A DNA stretch of 63,647 nucleotides, counting the filler, from Choristocarpus tenellus KU-1152 (lineage: Eukaryota; Protista; Phaeophyceae), in assembly GCA_964200185.2 (NCBI GenBank). It is 9 parts of 9 records of this genome, joined end to end, with 100 filler letters (N's around TTAATTAATTAA, not from the genome) between each part and the next. Parts side by side here need not be neighbours in the genome. Positions count along the whole stretch, not along the records: positions 1 to 9,827 come from CAXNAD020003360.1; positions 9,928 to 32,260 come from CAXNAD020000290.1; 7 more parts are not named here. The stretch is one strand, 5' to 3'. The notes under the pieces are model-generated. The model saw only the letters and a program-made list of their open reading frames with translations. It made no database searches and was not told where the DNA came from. Made by a program: the position numbers and the translations under genes. Positions 1 through 11,489 of this stretch are shown here, piece after piece. The stretch's first letter is position 1. Each line of letters opens with the position of its first letter.

Positions 1-96
1 CACACCCCATCCCATCCAACGCGTGCCAAGCAGATAAAAAAAAAAGACTTGGCGACCATTGTGAATAGACTCTTCTCCCTATTGGTCACCATTGGC

Positions 97-3000
97 TTAT
101 TTTCGCTGTCGACCAAGAAACACAGATGCAGCACCAAGCATGTTCTGCATGTTCACATTCTGACCGGTGAGAACACTCCCCACATTCCCCACTTGACCCA
201 TTAGTCCGGCGAGGGCCTGGCGGCCAACCTGAATGCCCTTCTGCTGCTCTGATTGATCGCTATCCTCCAAATCGCCTAACCCTGCCCCAACAACAACATT
301 ACCTCCCACGACGCTAGGTATCAGGGGTTTCCTACTTGTTGGCAGTGTGGCAACATCCAGGGGCATTGGCAGAAGGTCAAACCGCCTAACCTTGGGTGCA
401 AGAGTTAGAAGTGTGGATGACGAACCAAGGAAATCACCTGTGGCTGGGCGCTGAGGGCTTACGTTGGTCAAACAACCCGGATCTTCAGTCATAAAGAGGG
501 ATAACAGGAAGGTGCGGCAAGCTCTACTACACGACCCCGCGGCATCCTTGAGGTGTGGCATGTAGATCTCCAGGTTGATGGGGTCCAGCAGGTCACTGAT
601 GTTGCTGATGATGGGATCCATGGGGCTGGCACCAGGCTCACGACAAGGAAGCCATTGCCGCAAGAACAAAGCATCCAAAAGTATCTGGAGCTGCACTGCC
701 TCACATGCCCCATCTACAACTGCGGTAGGTCCAACACACAGCCTCAACATAACCTCTTCCAAGTCCCGGGAGGCTCGTGATACTGCCAGAGCCTGGGCAC
801 AACGAAACAGCTTGGGCCCCACACACTCTGCTGTCCCCTCCGGCCCCGGCCCTTGTCCCTTTTCACGGGATCCCGTGCCTGCACCCTCACCCACCTCAGG
901 CCTCATGGCAGGGACACGGGCGCGGCCTGTTCCTGCAACCGCAAGGTCAGCAGTGCATGTGATTCGTCCCAACTCACTGGATGCACTCTCAATGTAACAG
1001 AGTATGGCAGGCGACACAACCACGGGAAACGGAATCGTTTCATCCACGCCCTCATCGCCATCGTACTCGAGCTCCATCTTCTTTTCCTCCCATACCCCGT
1101 GACGATCCCGCCACAGTTCGTCGGTCGTGCCGGGAGCCCTGCATGCGGCGGCAAACCACTCTGTGGCCTCGTGCAGGAGGGCAGTGGGGGTACGGAATGT
1201 CCACTCCGCCCACATTGAAATCGACTGCTGGAGCACACTCTCAAGGCAGCTCACGAGAAGCGGATGGGGCTGTTGTTCCAAGAGCAGTCGGGTGGCAAAC
1301 AGGGAGAACTCGGCCAGGGTGAAGGATGAATACACCTGTGGATCTACGCTGAGGGACACCGACCGGGAACCGAAGGAAATAGCTTCCAGAGCTTCAACGG
1401 CCTCATCTGCGTCCACAACTCCGTCTCCATCAGTATCTGCGATCACAAATGCTGCTTCCAGTTGTTGTGCCTCTACTTGCCCCTGTTCATCAGCTGCACT
1501 GGAAGGCGGTACCGTGAGGACAGAACGCAGGGCCCGTCCCCTCCTGTTCATGAGAAGCCATGCGATACGCCCAATCACGAGGCCTGCATCGGCAAAGCAC
1601 CCTCCTGCATCCCCAAAGCCCGGAAGGCATCCCTCTATCGACTTGGTCCTTCGATTTGTCCTCTCTGATGGAATGAGACAAGAGCAGATTCCCTCCAAGG
1701 TCACCCTCAAGTGGTTGACCAGTCCCGACACTGCCTCGATGTTCAAGTAAAACAGGGATCTTTCCAGGGCCTCTGCGGCAACATCATCACCCTGCTGTAC
1801 AAGGCTCCATGCATCATTTACCAGGGCGAGTAGCTCAGAATTAAGCAATTCAGTGACCTCCTGTGCTGCCTCAAGGACATCCTGAGACATAAGCCTCCGG
1901 GAGACGACCAACTCTGGTACCACCTGACCATGACCTGTTTGATCCACCCTGCTATTCCGAAGACCAGGACCTGAGCTGGTGATAGACAAAAGTATTGTAT
2001 CCAGACGACCCTGCACATCCTGGTAGAGGTGACGCAAGGAGTCTTTTAGCAACGCTTCTGCCAGCTCTGCAAACATTTGACTCAAGAGCAATGACCACAG
2101 ATCGAGCGACTTCCCCTCGATAGGATGATAGGATGATATCTCGCCGCATCCCTCTGCCAACTGGCCCCGCAGCAGCTCAGTGTCAACCGCAAATGTGCAG
2201 GCCTCACACCAGGGACTTCTTTCAGCTACTCGGGAGCTGCCCTGTGTGGTAATCGTTCCTGAGGCGTTTCCGCTGTCGTGACTTGTCCCATGTGTCACAG
2301 TCCACAGCTTGCCACGAATGCATGCAAGGGTGTTGGCATCATCGATTGCACAGAGAAAATTCTTGCTGCACGCGTGTATTCTTGGCACCAGGAGAGACAG
2401 CCAACTGGTGCAAGTGCGCGTGACATCACATGATGACAAGCTGAGGAATCGCACTTGAGGATCAGAGAGCATTGCAAGTTCAACGGCAAGACAGGGTCTA
2501 TCTCCCGACCTTGCAGCAAATATGGCATGCACATCCAGGATCGTGTTTCGGATTGCCTGGAAAATGTCACACAGTACTTGTTCTGGCATCTCCCTAGTGG
2601 CCTTTGCCATCACTCTCTTGCAGGACTTGATGATGGCCCCACCTCGACGTTGAAGAAGGAGTTCAAGCAAAGACCTGAAATATGGGGTGAAGGAACGGTT
2701 ATTGGGTGTATGGTGAGAAACGTGGTAGTCTGCAGGTTGCCACACTGGGTGTACCATTGACCCTGCCCTTCCACAACAGAGGCACATATCTCCGGAGCAG
2801 CCACAGTAAACATCGAAGGATTTCATGAGGAGATAGGCATGATCTTCAGCAACACCCTTAAGCAGTTAGTTCAATTGGTGTCTTGATATGAGTGACAATA
2901 TTCCCCAAGAAGCACTTTCTACACCATTAACAAATGATGAAGAACATAGAGCCAACCCCGTGAGTTATATGTAGTATTGGTGAGCACAAGGTCCGTGACT

Positions 3001-4286
3001 CATCATGAATTTTGCACTCCATTCCAAACAGTGCCTCATACTACAACTCTATCGTAAAAGTACACATTTACGCACATTGCCTGCGCCACCACACAACAAT
3101 GCTGAAGGTGACCAGAAAGGTCCAATTTTGTGGGGAAGTCAGTGAAGCAAACACGAGGCAACCACTACACATTTCCTCCCTCACAGGGTGGGATTAGCTT
3201 CTTCATGTCCTTGGATAAGCAGGACTGCAGCAAGTGCTCCAGCACAAGCGTCTGTGCTGCAAGGTTGCGTGAGCAATGCTTTCGCTGCAGCTACAATTCG
3301 TGGAGGGAAGTGCTCCACATAGGCACACTGGCTCTTGAGAAAAGCAGCACCACTAGCGTCTAACCCCTGAGATACATGAAGCGGTCCTTGGGCCATGGCA
3401 TGCCTGCATCTTAGCAGCAAACCCGCAGCTTCCAAATGCCTCTTCCTATCTAAGGCAGACCACATGGCTGCGGGTGCCTTCAACATGAGTCGGGTGACCT
3501 GAGGTTGGCAAGCAAAACAATTATTGGCTCAAATGTCAATTCCATGAAAATAGGCAGGGAGTAGGAACCTGAAAAGACAATTGATGTTGTAGTAAGTTCG
3601 AGTATTGGAGCAATCTGCTGGGCTTACCTCCTCACTGTTCTTCACCGTTGCTGCAGCCTGCCTGTAGACCAGATCAGTTTGTCGGGCATCTGTAGAAGCC
3701 ATTGTGTCTGGGACCTGGATTTCATTTCATTGACGGGTTATGGCCTTAGTTAAAAGTGAAAGAGTGAGCACAAAAATTGGACGCGAGGGTACTTCCATTA
3801 CATGGGGCGTAATGACTTCAGTCGAAGGACTGTGATTAATATTTCAATTGTTCCAAAGTGATATTCACCTGTCCAAGAACACATTCCAAAGCCTTGGGAA
3901 ATTCGTGGAGCAGGCCTTTGACCTCCTCTGCTGTCTCCTTCATGGACAAAATGCTGTCCGCAGACTCAATCAGCTCGTGATACCTGGAACCTACCATTAG
4001 CTGCATAGTGACACCAACAGGTACACGTAAACTTTCACATAGCACGGAAGATAAAGGAAATTACATTTCCTGGGTTGATCCTATATTAACAATGCATATG
4101 GAATGCAGCACTGCATTCAGCACTTGCCTGAAGCTCAGTTTGCTTCCCACCAACTTGAGATGTGAGTTGCCGCAAAAGCGCTCTTGCTTCACTAACCGAT
4201 ATACGCTCAAGAGCACGCTCGGCCAACACGGAATCCACATCCTCTCCATGACTAGGGGAAGCCTCGGTAGAGAGGGGGGAAACCAT
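97..4286 (-). CDS. COG1: Conserved oligomeric Golgi complex subunit 1 (Vps51/Vps67-domain CATCHR protein) with an internal EF-hand; multi-exon
   Basis: Exons read by eye: 4286-4128 (MVSPL...KQTELQ), 4000-3869 (LMVGSRYHELIESADSI, the COG1/Vps51 N-terminal motif), ~3714-3629, ~3497-3185 (LKAPAAMWSALDRKRHLEAA), then a long terminal ORF ~2856-97 containing LQILLDALFL and LLDPINLEIYMPHL, typical of the COG1 C-terminus. The last intron's boundaries are uncertain. Confidence 0.8.
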
Positions 4287-4471
4287 CCTAAGACAAGTAG
4301 GTACACTACTGTTTCTCTCAAGCAAAGCTGTATGTTTGTCTCCCTTGAATATATCCGGTACCGGCAACCATATTTTGAAATCAAAAAAGGAGTAACTCAG
4401 TAACTGCAGTGAAACCTCCCTTCTCCTCCATCTGGTACCTCGTGCTTTAGGGGAGTTGTTCCGCGGGGAAC
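4287..4471. promoter_or_regulatory. Putative bidirectional promoter/5'UTR region between COG1 and CFAP57
   Basis: Only 185 bp separates the two divergent predicted ATGs (4286 minus, 4472 plus). Confidence 0.6.
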
Positions 4472-7400
4472 ATGGCGTCATGTTTATCCGAGCGCTTTAT
4501 CTTTGGAATGCAGAACAGATCTCCAGTCGCTTTCTCTGACCAGGCCACAATCGTGTACGTTGGGGGGTACAACATCGTGATCTATAATATGTTGGAAAGG
4601 AAACAGCGCTTCATCCATGGTTCGGAGACCTCCGAATCAATCACGGCCATGATCCTGTGTCCTGCTTCCCGTTTTATTGCAGTCGCTGAAGATGGAGAAA
4701 AACCCTCGGTATGAGCATATCTCAACTTCATGTATCAAGACTGAGTATTGGGTTTGACAATGTCAACAATATGACTATGGTCTTCTATTCCCCCCCGTCA
4801 GTGCCCCTGAGGGTCGCATCTAAGTCACGACTACCCCCCCCTTCAACGGGCGCTGTTTTCCTTCACAACTTCTAAATTAGGTGAGCGTGTATGATCTTCG
4901 GACTCTCCGCAAGCGAAAAACTCTACTTGTCGATGGTGAGAGCTGCCATGTTGTCAGTATGGCCTTCAGTCACGACAGCAACCTCTTGTTGACACAAGGT
5001 GGTGCTCCGGATTGGACGTTAGTGCTCTGGAACTGGGCCAAGGCGCGCCAATTAACAAGAATTCGCACCTCAGATACCCTTCCTATATACGAGGTGTGTC
5101 CCTTCGTAAGACTTGGCGCATGCTGTAGACCGATCTCACACACCCTGCCTGTACTCCCAGCAAGAAAGCTCTCTTGCTCCAGTCAACATGAATACACAAG
5201 CTAGGTAAGGGAAGAAGAATACGAAAAGACACTAAGTTCCTGGTTCTTCTTCGCTTTACTCTTATCGCCTGGGCTAGTTTTTGTTAATATACCTTTTGCC
5301 AACGGATTCTCTGCAGGTCAGCTTCAGCCCTGTGGATGCGACATTGGCCTGCGTTTGTGGTAACTCCGTCTTCAAGTTCTATCGCATCACAGATGGTGAC
5401 ATGCGGCCAATGCCTGAGTTAAAGATTACTTTCCACAATTTTCTATCCCACGCGTGGCTCAAGCAACCAGAAGATCACCTAGTGCTGGGTACCGAAAGTG
5501 GCCTTCTTATTCTTTTTCGGTCAGGCGACTTTGTGTGCCACCTCGCCAAGTCCCCTGGCAGTGACACAAAAATCACCTCCCTGATCTCATATTCACAGGT
5601 AACCCACCAAGATGTTTTTGCAAGAGAAGCGCATGAGGATCTTGTGCATGATGTATCATTTTGTAAATTTGGACCAGCTTCCATCCAACCTCAAAAAGGC
5701 ATGTTGTCTGTTCACTGGGCAAGCTAGCGACTGATAGCCTGGACCTTTGCTTCCCACTGCCATTAGCAGGAAGGGTAAGAGCTTGGGGTGCACCAGTTCT
5801 CGATTGCTGCCACATTAAGGAATCATCAACCTGCTGCATCCACAGGGTTTCATTGCTGGTTGTTCTGGTGGAGGTTTCCGTCTCTTCACTATGGACCATG
5901 CAGATAACCCTAGCCCCACCAAGATGTTTGACTGCACACAAACATGGCGAGTGGACACAACGGCTGATGTGGTAGGTCAAGGTCATGCAGATGCCTGTGA
6001 ATCACGAAGCCACTCTCACTGTTATCGATCTATCTTTTGGGGTGGGCAAGTGTGCGATACAACCAGCATGTTCTCTCAAGCTGACACTTTACTTTGATGA
6101 GACCACTCGAGGAGAGGAGAGCTATATGTTGTAGGCAGGCATAGCCTTCGAAAAAAGACTAGACTATGCTAAATGATGTCATGAAAAAGAGTCTGTTAAT
6201 TTGTTTGTGGCGTTTTTTCTCCACCATGAGAATTGCGAAGTCATGCACCTCATCTTGCATTCTACATGCACTAACAAACTACTATTGGACCGAAAACACA
6301 CGTCACTTCTGACCTCCCACAGGTGAGCCTTGCTCTCTGCCCCAGCGAAGATCGCCTGTGTGCAGTGACTTCGGACTGTCAACTTTACGAGGTCGGTATA
6401 ACTGGCCAGCACATCAAGGATGATGACATGAAACCAGTCATCTCCCATTTTCATGGGCCAGGCATCAATCCAGGCGGCATTACGGGCATGGACACTTGTG
6501 TGCGGAAGCCACTTGTTGCCACTTGTGCCATGGACTGTACTGTACGCATGTGGAACATTCTGGAGCAACGCCTGGAGCTTTCGAAGACTTTCTCCGAGGA
6601 GCCATGCAGCCTCGCCTTACACCCATCGGGTTTGCACATGATAATTGGCTTTACCGACAAAGTTCGATTGATGAACATTCTCATGGACGACCTCCGTCCA
6701 TATCGAGAGATCGCCATCAAGCTATGCAGAGAGGTGAAGTTCAGCAACGGGGGGAGCATGTTCGCAGCCGTGAATGGCAATGTCATCTCTGTGTTTGATT
6801 TCAACACCTATGACAAGTTTGCAGATCTTCGGGGTCACAACAGCAAGGTGACTCAAGCAGCCACAGACTAGGTGACTTAAACAGCCACAAGGTTGGTTGG
6901 TTGGCTTAGCCTCTGACCTCCGGTAACCCTGCATAGGTTCATAAAGCTTATTATTTTTTTATTGTACACACAAGGTGTGTGAGGGTGTGTGTTATGTGTG
7001 TGTGTTATGTGTGTGTTATGTGTCTAAGGTTTTTGTGTGCATTCTGAAGTCTACACATTTCTCTCATTCCTCTCATTCCTCTCATTCCTCTCATAAAGGT
7101 ACGGAACATTCACTGGGGCGCTTACGACCAAACGCTGGTCAGTTGTGGTCAAGATGGAGCTGTGTACCAGTGGGACGTGGATGAAGCCAAGCGTTTGGGG
7201 GAGTTTGTCCAGAAGGGTACAGTCTACAATTGCGCTCTCAGGTTTGTTTGTCCAAACGGTTTCTCCACCCCCCCTGCCCACTTTGGTTTGTTTGCTCATA
7301 GAGAGAGGAAAGCGTGTGCTTCCAAGATGAACTCACACGATATCAGCCTGACCTTCCAGTATGAACTCACACGATATCAATTTGGCCTTCCAATATGAAT

Positions 7401-8324
7401 CCACATGATATCAACCTCACCTTCCAGTATGAACTCACACGATATCAGCCTGACCTACCAGTATGAACTCACACGATATCAATTTGGCCTTCCAATATGA
7501 ATCCACATGATATCAACCTCACCTTCCAGTATGAACTCACACGATATCAATCTGACCTACCAGTATGAACTCACATGATATCAATTTTTGGTAAATATCA
7601 TTTTTTGGCCTTCCCAGTACAAAAGAGGCGGTGTTTGCTGTGGGGAACGATCGGATGCTAAAGGAGTTAGAGATACCAGATCTGCAGGTGGTGAAGGAGC
7701 TCAATGGTGGAGTTAATCTCGGACAACTTGTACTGTCCAACTCAGAGCACATGATGTTTGCTGGCACAGCAGAAGGGGGCAAGCCGGGCTGTGTTCGGGC
7801 CTACAACTTCCCTCTGAATGGTGCCTACCTTGAGGTGCGAAGAGGTGTCTCTTTCTTTACTTTGCATTGGGGGGGAAAAGACTCACATTGGCCTGAGACT
7901 GAAGGAAGAGGAAACCTTGCAACATGGAAGGTGTGAGGCGAGATTACCCTGTCTGGTCGTCACATACACAATATGTAGCATGTGGAGTAGCAGGTCCCCA
8001 AAACATAGAAGTGGCATCCCCAATTTGGGGCACTCTAAGAGCAGAGATAAATGTTGGTGTGGAGAGCACTGCCAAACCCTTTGTCCTTCCCTCTCTATCT
8101 CTCTCTCTCTCTCTCTCTCATCTCTTTCTCTAATGTGCCTTCCACAGTACCAATGCCTTGGGGCGCCTGTGACACGGATGTGTATCACCCATGACGATCA
8201 GTACTTGGTGGCAGGGGATGAGGTGGGGTGTATTTTTATTTTTGATGTGAGGGATCGTCAGGAGCGTGGACAGGGAGGAGGAAAGTTGGCAGGGGGTGAC
8301 CTGCAGCCATTGGCGTACTCAGAG
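4472..8324 (+). CDS. CFAP57: Cilia- and flagella-associated protein 57 (WDR65), WD40 portion; 3' coiled-coil exons not present in this segment
   Basis: Eight GT-AG exons join in frame: 4472-4708, 4881-5093, 5317-5598, 5846-5971, 6323-6847, 7099-7241, 7618-7834, 8148-8324. Motifs include ERFIFG, LLLTQGGAPDWTLVLWNWAK, ITGMDTCVRKPLVATCAMDCTVRMWN, LHPSGLHMIIGFTDKVRLMNILMDD and FSNGGSMFAAVNGNVI. Confidence 0.92.
7328..7588. repeat. Intronic 34-bp minisatellite with higher-order ABC-ABC-A arrangement
   Basis: Units ATGAACTCACACGATATCAGCCTGACCTTCCAGT / ...AATTTGGCCTTCCAAT / ATGAATCCACATGATATCAACCTCACCTTCCAGT; about 7.5 copies in CFAP57 intron 6. Confidence 0.9.
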
Positions 8325-8334
8325 GTGTGTAATG

Positions 8335-8735
8335 TTGGTGATTGTATAACACTGTTGATTGTTTGACACTGTTGATTGTTTGACACTGTTGATTGTATAA
8401 CATTGTTGATTGTATAACATTTTTGATTGTATAACATTGTTGATTGTATAACACTGTTGGTTGTATGACACCATTGATTGTATAACACTGTTGATTGTTT
8501 GACACTGTTGATCATATGACATTGTTGATTGTATAACACTGTTGATTGTTTGACATTGTTGATTGTATAGCATTGTTGATTGCATGACACTGTTGATCAT
8601 ATGACATTGTTGATTGTATAGCATTGTTGATTGCATGACATTGTTGATTGTATAACGCTGTTGATTGCATAACACCATTGACTGTATAACACTGTTGATC
8701 ATATGACACTATTGATTTATAACATTGTTGGTTTA
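8335..8735. repeat. Intronic 17-bp minisatellite (TTGATTGTATAACACTG-like), about 23 copies
   Basis: Direct tandem repeats immediately after the donor at 8325; they produce repetitive spurious minus-strand ORFs. Confidence 0.92.
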
Positions 8736-9348
8736 TGATATATATTGTTTGTATGAAACGAATTGGTTCAAGATTGTGGTGACATTCCTTGTTATCTCTA
8801 GTTGCGGTACCCAGTTATGAGAATTATCACACCTGTAACTGAAAAAATCTTTTTGGGGGTAAATAGTCTTCATTTAATCAGACAACTGTATTTTCTGCAT
8901 GATATGTGCGTGTGTGTGTTGCATCAATAGCAGTTCTAGTTCATGGAACAAAAATGGTTGTAATTGTCATGCTATTACACTTCCTAGCAACTAACTACTG
9001 AAGAGAGCTGGCCTGCTGTCAATGTGCTACCATCAATATTAAAGTCTGTGAGTGTATGTAACAATTCAGCCAAAAGGAAACATCCCTTTATTATAATAAT
9101 ATTTTGTATAGAACTACTTTTTATAATAGTTCAGCACATTGAATTGATAATTATCTTCCGAAATCATGTCATCAAATGCCTACTCCTGCACCTGTTGGAA
9201 GGTACCACTCATCCTGATGGGAAGAAAGCCTCCCTTCGAAGGCGACAATTGAATACCTACCATGAGCAGTGAAAAATCGCTCTGCAGCCCTGTTAATTCC
9301 GTCAAGCAAATCGGTCAACAGAAAATATCATCAAGGAATTGGTCATGC

Positions 9349-9528
9349 CACACACAACACACACGCACAACACACACAAAACGCACAACACACACAAAAC
9401 ACACACACACACACACACACAACACACACGCACAACACACACAAAACACACAACACACACACAACACACACGCACAAAACACACAAAACACACACAACAC
9501 ACACAACACACACAACACACACACAACA
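9349..9528. repeat. Compound CA/ACACA microsatellite
   Basis: Low-complexity A/C tract. Confidence 0.9.
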
Positions 9529-9827
9529 CCAATGTCAAATAACACCTCAGTCTACTAGTAGAGGGTGGACATGAAGAAACTTGCAGTAGTCAATTACAGC
9601 ATTTCTTTCTTTTTGTTTATTATTATTATTATTATTATTTATGTTATTATTATTTTTTTGTACTATACTTTGCGCTGCCATGGCTCTGTAGAGTATGACA
9701 TATCTTACCAGCTTAGGGGATATGAATAGTAAACAGACAGTAACAGTTACAGTCAAGTAGTTACGGGGGGGGGGGGGGGGGGGGGGGTGAGCGTGTTTTT
9801 TTTTTTTTTGGTTGAGGGGAGTGTTTT

Positions 9828-9927
9828 NNNNNNNNNNNNNNNNNNNNNNNNNNNNNNNNNNNNNNNNNNNNTTAATTAATTAANNNNNNNNNNNNNNNNN
9901 NNNNNNNNNNNNNNNNNNNNNNNNNNN
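9828..9927. other. Artificial contig linker (N44-TTAATTAATTAA-N44)
   Basis: Six-frame stop linker of fixed 100-nt length, found 8 times in the window. Confidence 0.97.
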
Positions 9928-11489
9928 TCTGTTGCTTTACCAAATTGTAATTGCCAACATTCCATGCTTCCACCACCACCACCACCCCCGCCCTTCCCCC
10001 TGCACTGAAATATGATACTCAATTATTTTGCACTTTTCTGTGCAGCTGTGTGCAAGTAAGAGTATCCAGGCAGATTCTACGGTGCCAAGCTCACTGGAGT
10101 CTATTCTTGCAGGGGCACCAGCAGCAGTTACTGACCCTACATTATCGGATGATCCTGCTGTAGTGAGCTATCTATCTTCCTTGCTGCCTGTAGGGTATAC
10201 CCCAATGGTGATCGACCCCTGGACTGATTGACTCCACCATATATGTTTTTTCTCCATACTTTCTTCACTCGATAGAGACTAAGAAGAGTTCTGCAAATGC
10301 AGCATAGAGCATTGTTTGCTGGTGAAAGCTTGAGTATTGAATCCCATATTTGGTATTGCTTAGTACCTTCAAGGCTAAGGATGGAATGCCGTACCTAATG
10401 TCTTTGCCATAGAATGGATTGCCAGATTCTCCCCCAATTTAAGAATTGAGTATGTAACCTTTCCTGAACTCCTCATGGGTTACGTAAATAGCAAGGTGTA
10501 TTCATGAATTCCGTTTAACTGTACCTAACTTACAACTCATGTAACTATTAATAGTCCTCCATATTACCTCTTGGAGGGGAGTGTGTCCTTTGAGGTAATC
10601 TTGTTCAGTGCAGTTTTGGTGGCAACATTGTTGAGAGGTATGACCAGTAACTACATGGATCTCTGGGTGCTTTACTATGGTGAGTCCCCCCTTCTCATTT
10701 ATACTTCAAGAGGAGGAGCTAGTTCTTGAAAAGCTGCACAGCTGGTGTTCTCAATTTCTAAAGGTGGTGGGGGTTGTTTTCACTGTCCCTTACTGCCTAC
10801 TGTGGATGATGCAGACTCCTGGACAGATTGATCTTGCCCCCAGCATATGATATTGCTCGGGTGTCCAGGTTGAAGTAGCACATTATTGCTGATGCTGTTA
10901 CCTACATGCTCAGACTTCTACTTGGAACTATATCGAATATTCAAAGTGCCTTATGCCACAGTCCATGGTGCTGTGCAGATATCGAGATGTGAAAGGTGTT
11001 CTTGATGGGAAAAATGCGAAGTGAGAGGTATTCTTATTATGCCCTGCCAATCTCTGCTGATAACTTTCCTAGCTAGCAAAGACCAAGAGTTAGTCACCAA
11101 CTTCTCTGACTGTGAATGAGCAATACACATACATGCTCCAGCATGTTTGGACCAAGCACTCAGTTGGATTCAACAGTAGGGATATTTGAGTTTCATGAGG
11201 GTTGAGTCACACCAAAGTTCCACATAAATTTAACAGAGCACAAGCGATGTTCAATGCAAGTGATCCCCCAATCTACCATGCGAGTAATTGCTATGATGAG
11301 TTTGAACCTCTTTCTGTATATATATAAGACATTGTGGGTACTTGACTGCTTTCATCGCCTCATAACCATGATACTCAACGAAACCTCTCTAGTCAACTGG
11401 CGTTTCTCCGTATCTGCATTTGCCATTTCGAGCAACATTTGATACCACATCACATCTTTTTGTAACCCGGACTATTGGATACCAAGAGC

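Noticed and set aside
489-2813. Many short overlapping or antisense ORFs over COG1
   Set aside because: Shadow ORFs of a GC-rich coding exon.
7328-7588. CRISPR-like array
   Set aside because: Units are contiguous with no unique spacers, lie in a spliceosomal intron, and no cas genes are present.
8236-9574. Repetitive ORFs (NQQCYTINSVIQST..., HTHNTH..., CVCVL...)
   Set aside because: They are translations of mini- and microsatellites.
9828-9927. Recurrent TTAATTAATTAA palindrome as a biological motif
   Set aside because: Always centred in exactly 44+44 Ns; it is an assembly linker with stops in six frames.
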